Shown here in pieces: positions 56,814 to 64,000 of a DNA stretch of 64,000 nucleotides. This DNA is from an uncultured Gammaproteobacteria bacterium (GTDB lineage Bacteria > Patescibacteriota > Patescibacteriia > UBA9934). Where the stretch lies: assembly GCA_964452565.1 (NCBI GenBank), contig CAYVLY010000001.1, positions 643,053-707,052 on the forward strand, given 5' to 3'. Position 1 is the stretch's first letter, and every line of letters begins with the position of its first letter. The position numbers and the translations under genes were made by a program. Below the pieces are notes generated by a model. It was not told the origin of the DNA. It saw only the letters and a list, made by a program, of their open reading frames with translations, and made no database searches.

Positions 56814-59558
56814 TTAAGCTCCAGCAGGAGCAGTTTGTAAGTTTGTGCGTCGCACAAAGAAGTAAGCTAGTCCGATCAAAGCTGCTAGAAGTAACCCACC
56901 ACCAATCCATGGCGTGATGTTATTACTCTGTGCTGCCGCAACAGGTACTTCATCACTAACCTCCTTATTGACCTCTTCCTGAATTTGCACAACGTCTTGC
57001 GAAGTTCTTGGGTACACACGCTGTTCACCACTAACGGTTCGGAGAACTCCTGTGATCTCAAGCTCTGAACTCATTGAGCTCCACTGCATACCTTCATGTG
57101 TGTTTGCGACAATGGTGACACTGCCCGTTGAGTCACGAAGGACAATCTTTGTGTCGTTCATATCAATCACCTCGCCACGAACAGTAACTAATGATCCATC
57201 TAGCATTGAATCCAATCCATTGATCGATGTACTTGTTGCATTCAAGTCAACATGGCCGGTGATCTGGACATCTCCCATTTCAGAAAGCTTAACCCTTTGC
57301 TCCCCACGACTTTCAGAAAGCTCACCACTAGCAGTTACAACATCTCCAAGCTTCAACATTGGCCAGTCTGCGTAGTAGAAGTAGAGTTGCGCACCTTCGA
57401 TGAATGCAATCTGCGACCCAAACGTTCCAGGAAGCGCCGTTACAATCCCGCTGACAACTACCTCATCTGCTGAAGCAGATGAATAGCTTGAGTTTGATTT
57501 GCTGCTAGAACTTGATGAGCTCGAAGTGGTTTTTGGCGTCTCTGCTATGGCAACAACGCGATGGGTTTCTGGTTCAGTGGAAACGTCATTATCATTTCCC
57601 GTGCTTGCCTGCTGATCATGTTGAACATCTTTGTGTTCATCTTGTTGATCAGTGCTGGACTCGGATGTTTCTGTGGTTGATGACTCTGACTGTGCTTCAT
57701 CTTCTGTGTTTTGGGTTCCGTTTTCTGTATCCTGTTGATTTTGCTCCTCCTCATAGTTTATTTCGTTAGCTGCAGATTTTGTTATGTCCGACGTAACAGC
57801 CCAGTCAGATCCACTCAGTGCCAGACTCTCGCCCTTGTTGGGCTTATCAACCTCCTCAGTTCCATAGCTTATGGAATCTATCAGATCACCAGCAGGGTCA
57901 TATAGGTACACTGTGTCGCCACCATTATTAAGTTTGCCCTTGGGCTCCTCGACCACCGCGTATTCATTAGGCCCGATCGTTCCTTTGAGCTCTGTTTTTC
58001 GATCAGTAGCATCAGCTACAGACCATCCAGTGAGGTCGATCGAATTATCGGTCGTATTGTATAGCTCGACCCATTCGACCTCACCCTCAACAGGGTCACT
58101 CACAAGTTCGTTAATGATCAACACACCCGATTCATACGAGAGAGATTCACTGGTCTCAGATTCATCTGAGTCGTCAGTTTGATTAACGACCTCGTCATCC
58201 ACGGCCTCTTCTTCCGCCTCTTCTTCGTCAGCTTCAAGAGATCCCTCGGCTTCGCTCGGGATGGAGGGGGTATCGACTTCTTCAACCTCCTCGATTGCAT
58301 CAGATTCCTGAACCTCATCAGAGAAGATGTTAAGTGACCCCGGAGTCGGCTCTGTAGTTACGGTCCAGACGTTTTCGATTAGTGCTAAAGAGTAGCTTTT
58401 TTCTGGCGCTTCGATTTCATCGGTTCCGTAGGTAATCGAATCAACAACACTTCCATCAGGATCTACAAGCTCGATTGTGTCGCCACCATTGTTAAGTTGC
58501 CCTGAGGGGCTGTAAATGACCGCATAGCTTCCTGATTCGATTGAAGTTTTATCAAATACGGATGACCGTTCAATTGCATCATGCACTGTCCAACCTTCAA
58601 GTTCGACTGAATCACCTGTCGGGTTGTAGATCTCAACCCACTCTTCTTGGTCCTCAGCGGGATCGCTTACAAATTCATTAATAACCAGTGAGCTTTGATC
58701 CGCCTCTTTGACCCCCTCAGTCTCCTCAGTAGTATCGGACGTTACGTAGAGTGTTCCTGGTGTTCCAAGTTGATTAGAGTCACTTAAGTTCGTATTTGAT
58801 CCTGAGCTGTACCATCCAAGCGTTGCAAGGTCGCGCTGCATCGATGCCTTAGGGTCTGTGGATCCAGATGGAGGAGATCCCCCGTCTCCGGCAACATCAA
58901 CAACAGTTCCGTCTGGCATAGCAAGCATGATCTCAAGTGATGAGTTGCTTAAAGATACCGAGGCGGTCACAAGATCAGGCCGCACCGTTAAAGTTGTCTT
59001 GTCTGAGCCAAGATCGTAATTAGATACAAGCAATACATTGCCGGCAGCAAGCATGGTGCCGTCCGCAAGTGCTATCGCATTTCCAGAGGTGGCACATCCG
59101 GTGAGAATCCACCCGCTAAGATCCACATCCGCACCATGTGCGTTATAGAGTTCAATCCACTCATCGGCCTGTGAGAGTTCGCTTCCGGCCCAGTTAACCT
59201 CACCGATGAGGATATTTGGGACTTCTGTGGCGATTTCAGTACTGGCTGTTTCGACTCCAGATCCATCGGCCGCTGATCCTTTTGAGGATTCTTCCGCGGC
59301 TTCTTCAACAGTGGGTTCGTCAGTTTCTGATTCATCTCCTGTCGATCCTTCGGATTCTTGAGAATCTGGTTCTTCGACGACTTCTGGTCCATCTGCCTGT
59401 TCGGTCGTTGCGTCAGACTCAACTGTTTCTGTTTCTTCGAGCACGACTTGTTGCTCATCTGTACTCTCTGTTGTAGTTTGTGGTGCTTCCTGTGCACTGG
59501 CGGGTATTGCCAGCACAAAAAACACGAAGCAGAAGAGTCCATATAATAGTTTTTTCAT
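56814..59558 (-). CDS. secreted protein with three lamin-tail (LTD) domains, OB-fold-like domains and a C-terminal membrane anchor
   Basis: three repeats of I.E...EW(I/V)E(L/I)YN...(V/I)(D/E)L.GW, LNN.GDT, TPG; acidic linkers. Confidence 0.85.
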   Translation of the reverse strand: MKKLLYGLFCFVFFVLAIPASAQEAPQTTTESTDEQQVVLEETETVESDATTEQADGPEVVEEPDSQESEGSTGDESETDEPTVEEAAEESSKGSAADGSGVETASTEIATEVPNILIGEVNWAGSELSQADEWIELYNAHGADVDLSGWILTGCATSGNAIALADGTMLAAGNVLLVSNYDLGSDKTTLTVRPDLVTASVSLSNSSLEIMLAMPDGTVVDVAGDGGSPPSGSTDPKASMQRDLATLGWYSSGSNTNLSDSNQLGTPGTLYVTSDTTEETEGVKEADQSSLVINEFVSDPAEDQEEWVEIYNPTGDSVELEGWTVHDAIERSSVFDKTSIESGSYAVIYSPSGQLNNGGDTIELVDPDGSVVDSITYGTDEIEAPEKSYSLALIENVWTVTTEPTPGSLNIFSDEVQESDAIEEVEEVDTPSIPSEAEGSLEADEEEAEEEAVDDEVVNQTDDSDESETSESLSYESGVLIINELVSDPVEGEVEWVELYNTTDNSIDLTGWSVADATDRKTELKGTIGPNEYAVVEEPKGKLNNGGDTVYLYDPAGDLIDSISYGTEEVDKPNKGESLALSGSDWAVTSDITKSAANEINYEEEQNQQDTENGTQNTEDEAQSESSTTETSESSTDQQDEHKDVQHDQQASTGNDNDVSTEPETHRVVAIAETPKTTSSSSSSSSKSNSSYSSASADEVVVSGIVTALPGTFGSQIAFIEGAQLYFYYADWPMLKLGDVVTASGELSESRGEQRVKLSEMGDVQITGHVDLNATSTSINGLDSMLDGSLVTVRGEVIDMNDTKIVLRDSTGSVTIVANTHEGMQWSSMSSELEITGVLRTVSGEQRVYPRTSQDVVQIQEEVNKEVSDEVPVAAAQSNNITPWIGGGLLLAALIGLAYFFVRRTNLQTAPAGA

Positions 59559-59724
59559 AGATATTCAGTTTTGAATGAACAGGATCCTGACAAAAAATTC
59601 CCCACACGCATTGGTAGCGTATAGGGAGTATTTGTATATTCATTACCTCATGTTTGAGGTGCTAGGTCAAGGGTAGGTGTGGAAAGATAAAACAAAACCG
59701 CTGACTTTGCAGTCAACAGTTTTG

Positions 59725-59882
59725 TGGTGGGCGAGAAGGGACGTCGGCCCTCGTCGAGCTGAGCTCGACTTCAGCCTCCCAGCCTGCGTCGCTCAAAAAT
59801 GTATAAACGATGTTTAGCCACTTCTCTCGCTATCCTCGGCTGAACGAACCCTGTACATGAAGGCGTAAGGGCTCTCGTCCCT
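59725..59882. repeat. tRNA-Leu 3'-end-derived repeat element
   Basis: tggtgggcgagaagggac copy, ~100-nt insert, cgaaccct, then an inverted tRNA-like aaggcgtaagggctctcgtccct. Confidence 0.7.
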
Positions 59883-59916
59883 AAAATACAAAATCCAGTC
59901 TTGCGACTGAATTTTG

Positions 59917-60001
59917 TGGTGGGCGAGAAGGGACTCGAACCCTTACGCCTTGCGGCACTAGTTCCTAAGACTAGCGTGTCTACCAATTCCACCACCCGCC
60001 C
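59917..60001 (-). tRNA. tRNA-Leu(TAG)
   Basis: CTAGT-CTTAGGA-ACTAG anticodon arm, long variable arm, CCA. Confidence 0.97.
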
Positions 60002-60126
60002 ATGGGTGCGAATTGCGACAGTATTATTACACAAATATACAAATTAATCAAGGCCTGGGGGTTATTGAAAAGCAAAAACGGACCCGTGTGAGGGGTCCGT
60101 TGTGAACGGGAGTGCGCTTGAGCGAC

Positions 60127-60780
60127 CTAGTCGTCGCCGATGCGCAGGAGGTAGACGGCGATCCGTCGCCTTCCAGAGGCAGGGCTGGTTCCGGGGTTGT
60201 CGCCCAGGAACTGGTCAGGCCCGCTGCCAGAGGTCATGATCGTGATGTCCGTGATGTCTGCCGGTAGGTTCTGGTAGATCGTGTTGCCCACGAATGTGGC
60301 ACGGAGCTTTGCCAGATCTATGTTGTTGCACGGAGCTGGCAGTTTGGATCCGGCTTCGACAGCCTCGGCATAGGCATGGTCCCATCCGGCGCACGAGCCG
60401 CCGTTCATGGCGGTGCCGTCGGTGAAGCCCACGACCTGAACCAGGTTGAACCCTTCGTCGCGCATGCGCTGGGCGATCTGCGGGACGATATCGGTGCGGA
60501 TGCGATCCGCGACCTCGTCATCTTCCGATCGACCACTCTTGAAGACGTAGCCTGCGGCCTCGCTGAGCACGAACACCTGGTCGGTGATTGGCGTGAGGGG
60601 CTCGGGTTCGGGTTCCTCGATCTCTTGCTGCGCACGGATCAGTGGCAACAGCACGAACGCTGCGAGCATGAACATGATCACCAGGAACGAACAGTCGATG
60701 AGTGGAACGAAGAGCATGTGCGCTTCGTCGTCATCGCCTCCTTGCCCTGAGAGTCTGTAGAGGTTGATGTGTCGGAACAT
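60127..60780 (-). CDS. MotB/ZorB-like protein with an OmpA-type peptidoglycan-binding domain
   Basis: TM with conserved Asp (VPLID), FKSG, VGFTD, NIDLAKLRA..V, RRI. Confidence 0.75.
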   Translation of the reverse strand: MFRHINLYRLSGQGGDDDEAHMLFVPLIDCSFLVIMFMLAAFVLLPLIRAQQEIEEPEPEPLTPITDQVFVLSEAAGYVFKSGRSEDDEVADRIRTDIVPQIAQRMRDEGFNLVQVVGFTDGTAMNGGSCAGWDHAYAEAVEAGSKLPAPCNNIDLAKLRATFVGNTIYQNLPADITDITIMTSGSGPDQFLGDNPGTSPASGRRRIAVYLLRIGDD

Positions 60781-60783
60781 GGA

Positions 60784-62046
60784 TCACTCCCCGTCCAGCT
60801 CGACGGACACCTGCTTGACCAGCCCGAGAGCCTCCATGAGCTTGGGATTTGAGCGGATCTTGGCAGCCAGGGTGGAGAGTCGAGCGGGCAGGAACCGCAG
60901 GCTATCGGACACGGCTGCAACACCAGGCCCATGGGAGGCTAGACCACCGACTGCCATATCGAGCTCACCGAGGCTTGCTATCGTGCCTTCTGGGATATCC
61001 AAGCTACCGACTGCCGTCGCGATGCCTTCGAGGGCCTTCAGGCCTCGCTCCATCTTTGCGGCATCCAGGGACTCGAACTGCGCGGCGCTGTCCTTGATGG
61101 TACCGAGCGCGCTGACGCCCTTGCTGACGTCGGCTCCTATGAGTGCAGCCAGGACATCCACGGCGAGCTGCAGTTGGGTGTTGACGTCGGTCAGGCCGGC
61201 TGCATCCACGTTACCGAGACGATCGAGCTGGGTGAAGACGGCATCGATGCTCTCGGCGTCGAGGCCCGCGAAGGCCGCGATGTATCTGTAGTATGCGTCG
61301 AGGACCTTCATGCCATTGCTGGCGTCTTCTCCTGTGAGTGCAGCCAGGACATCCACGGCGAGCTGCAGTTGGGTGTTGACGTCGGTCAGGCCGGTTGAAT
61401 CTATGCCATCCAGGCGCTCGAGCTCGCTGAACACCAGGGCTAGCTGTTCGGAGTCGACCTGGGCCAGGGCAGCTGTGCCTTGACCGGCCAGTTCCAGGGT
61501 CTCGGCCGCTGCTCGCTTCTCGCCGATGCCGGTCAGGTGTTCGTTGATCTTGCTCAACACACCCACCCTCTGACCTACTAGCTTGAGGCCTTCGTTCAGG
61601 TCGCCCAGGAGGGTGCGAACGCTGTTGAGTCGGCCCATGCGGTCGCCTGAGCTCTCGGCGCGCTCCATGTTGTGCGCGACTAGACCGGTGACCTTTTCGA
61701 GATCTTCCATCAGGTCGATGGAGGCCCGGATGTGTTCGTCCTGGCTCTTGGAGCGCATGACGAACAGGGCGCTCATGACGAGCGTACCGATCCAGCCCTC
61801 CAGGGAGGTGACAACGCAGATGCCGATGTCGTGCATAAGCTGTTGGTTGCTGGGGATCGCGCTGGCGCTATAGTCCATCAGGAAGAAGGTGGCGCCAATA
61901 ATGGTCCCCAGTACACCGAGCATCATGCTCGACGTCTTGAACCACACTGCGAGCTTGGCTCGGTCAGGCGGTCGTGTGAGGACCTGGCGGATGCTGAGGA
62001 TGAGCAAGATCGCCCACAACAGCGACCAGAAGATTGTGAATGCCAT
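60784..62046 (-). CDS. MotA/ExbB/ZorA-like membrane protein with a long helical tail
   Basis: three TM segments, LGVLGTIIG and TSLEG motifs, ~320-aa helical C-terminus, AAAGGAG RBS. Confidence 0.72.
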   Translation of the reverse strand: MAFTIFWSLLWAILLILSIRQVLTRPPDRAKLAVWFKTSSMMLGVLGTIIGATFFLMDYSASAIPSNQQLMHDIGICVVTSLEGWIGTLVMSALFVMRSKSQDEHIRASIDLMEDLEKVTGLVAHNMERAESSGDRMGRLNSVRTLLGDLNEGLKLVGQRVGVLSKINEHLTGIGEKRAAAETLELAGQGTAALAQVDSEQLALVFSELERLDGIDSTGLTDVNTQLQLAVDVLAALTGEDASNGMKVLDAYYRYIAAFAGLDAESIDAVFTQLDRLGNVDAAGLTDVNTQLQLAVDVLAALIGADVSKGVSALGTIKDSAAQFESLDAAKMERGLKALEGIATAVGSLDIPEGTIASLGELDMAVGGLASHGPGVAAVSDSLRFLPARLSTLAAKIRSNPKLMEALGLVKQVSVELDGE

Positions 62047-62282
62047 AATGATGTCTCCTTTCGGTAGACAGTGGAGGTTTTTGTGATACACTGGCAACTT
62101 TGGTAAGGGGCCGGTGTTGCCAGGAGGCGGACTGATTTTTAGTAAAAACTACAAAGCATTCCGCCGCCTGATAACCTCGAAAATTAGCAGGAAATAAGGA
62201 TTTTGTCAATGATTGGCCGAATTTTCTTGAATTATTAGCCTATAATGCTATGCTGCAACTCCCGTGATATACTCATAGGGTT

Positions 62283-62879
62283 ATGAAAATTGTATTAGTA
62301 CACGGCTACAAGGGTAGTTCTCGAACCAACTTTTTTCCATGGCTTACTGACGAGCTTCGTAAACAGGGGCATGAGGTGGTTTGTTTAGATCTGCCAAATC
62401 CAGAAAATCCAGATCCAGAAGAGTGGACAAAGTATTTGGTTGAAGAGGTAGGGCCGATTGATGATGAGACTATTATTTTCGGACATAGCTTAGGTGGCAA
62501 TGCGGCAATCAGATTTTTAGAAGCTGCTGAGGCTCATTCAACACCACGTGCATGTGTTATTTCATCAACGCCATGGATGATTCGTAATGAACGATTTCGT
62601 GGATTCTTTCTTTCAGAGCTAGATTTTGATGTTTTAATGTGGAAGGCGTCACGCTTTGTGGTCGTCCATTCTAAGGACGATGACGTAATTCCATTTGATC
62701 ACGCACAAAAGTACGCAGATGTACTGCACGCGAAGTTGATTGAAGTGGACGGCTGTGGGCACTTTGATGGTGAGCAGTACCCGGTGCTACTTGAGACGAT
62801 CGAGAACTGCATAAAAGAAGAGATACAATTTGAGCCGGGAGAGGGAATAGAAAACGAGTACGAGGAAGTTGATAGATGA
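62283..62879 (+). CDS. alpha/beta hydrolase (YdeN/RBBP9 family)
   Basis: VHG, GHSLG, HSKDD.VIP, GHF. Confidence 0.9.
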   Translation: MKIVLVHGYKGSSRTNFFPWLTDELRKQGHEVVCLDLPNPENPDPEEWTKYLVEEVGPIDDETIIFGHSLGGNAAIRFLEAAEAHSTPRACVISSTPWMIRNERFRGFFLSELDFDVLMWKASRFVVVHSKDDDVIPFDHAQKYADVLHAKLIEVDGCGHFDGEQYPVLLETIENCIKEEIQFEPGEGIENEYEEVDR

Positions 62880-62970
62880 TGAAAAAGAACCGGCCGTGAG
62901 GCTGGTTCTTTTGATGGTGGTATTCCAGCCACCATCCATCCCGAGCGACCGTAGGGAGTTGAGGGATCTT

Positions 62971-63393
62971 CTAGTAATGGTATTCCTTACTGTGATTGAT
63001 TGTGCACGCGCGGTAGAGTTGTTCTAAAAAGATCAAATGCGTCAGGTCGTGCGTAGTTGTCATTGGTGAAAGAGAAAGTCGTAAGTCGGCTTTGTTTTTT
63101 ATTTCATCTGATAAACCCTTAGCACCACCAAGAATTACCGCGATGTGCTGGCCTTGGTCTTCAAGGGTTTTGATTTTCAAAGCAAACTCTTTCGAGTTCA
63201 TGGTTTGTCCGAATTCATCTAGCACGATCAGGTATGTATCTGATGGAATTCTATCAGAGAGATCGTCTGTAGATTTCAATATCCGGTGTTCGAATTTAAC
63301 AAAGGCTTTTAGGGGTTTCAAAAGTTCATTTCGAATTTGATCAAACCCACCCTTAGGTAGATCACCAACCGAATAAAAATCAAGATAAATCAT
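62971..63393 (-). CDS. rlmH: 23S rRNA (pseudouridine1915-N3)-methyltransferase RlmH
   Basis: LDEFG..MNS..FA, GGAKGL, LSLSPMT..H, EQLYRA...YH. Confidence 0.92.
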   Translation of the reverse strand: MIYLDFYSVGDLPKGGFDQIRNELLKPLKAFVKFEHRILKSTDDLSDRIPSDTYLIVLDEFGQTMNSKEFALKIKTLEDQGQHIAVILGGAKGLSDEIKNKADLRLSLSPMTTTHDLTHLIFLEQLYRACTINHSKEYHY

Positions 63394-63479
63394 AGTTTTA
63401 GCTTTATAAGTCGAATTCTCCCATTATTAGCCAAAAAGTCAACCCGAAACCTTATCCCCACCTAGTCATAATGAATTAC

Positions 63480-63508
63480 TTGACATCATCTGATACCTAT
63501 TATACAAT
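63480..63508 (+). promoter_or_regulatory. rRNA promoter
   Basis: TTGACA-17 bp-TACAAT. Confidence 0.8.
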
Positions 63509-63849
63509 TCTCGCGCATTCACAATTTATCTACTACTCCGTTTGTCCCGTGTGTGGGGACTTCAGGGAGTGTATGAGGGAAGTAAGTTCGGGAAAACATA
63601 CACCTCGCAATATAACTGGGTAGTGGGACCTAAGCGGTTCTGCTGTACAAGGCAGAATTTTTGTTCGGAAAATTTCCGAGTCAGAGATGAAGCGCTCATT
63701 ATGAGAATTTCTCTCTGATCTTTCACAATTTAGAGTCAAATAACAATCAACGAAACGCGAGATTTCTTCGGAAATCTCAAATTCAAAAAATGAAATTTCT
63801 TAATTGAAATTTCGAGTTAAAGTCTTTTAACTTAAACGTCTTGAGTGAG

Positions 63850-64000
<151 letters not shown>

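Overview
This 64-kb chromosomal window spans the replication origin of a small-genome bacterium. It is most likely Patescibacteria/CPR (Parcubacteria-like), an inference from the tandem VirB2-like pilin array, a 23S rRNA gene with no 16S upstream, and many apparently leaderless core genes. Core genes include pnp (3' part), a DksA/TraR gene, lspA, comM, hppA, tig, pyk, suhB, yidD-rnpA-rpmH, dnaA-oriC-dnaN, PBP1A, iscS-iscU-ferredoxin-reductase, PGI/PMI, galU, O-antigen ligase/flippase, maf, ruvB, rlmH, four tRNAs and the 5' end of 23S rRNA. The most striking unexplained feature is a ~1.76-kb region (46621-48383) with no credible ORF. It is bounded by a sigma70 promoter and an intrinsic terminator and is packed with stem-loops, so it is a candidate giant structured non-coding RNA. 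Further candidate ncRNAs lie at ~2367-2714 (behind a DnaA-box cluster), 50358-50850 (two tandem units) and 46144-46427. Other notable items are a 3.5-kb GC-rich three-gene cassette flanked by 66-bp inverted repeats, a stand-alone ZorAB-like (MotA/MotB) pair, a protein with tandem RNAP alpha-CTD-like domains, tRNA 5' fragments interrupted by palindromic insertions, and in-frame palindromic elements inside genes. All calls come from reading the sequence; no database search or folding computation was run.
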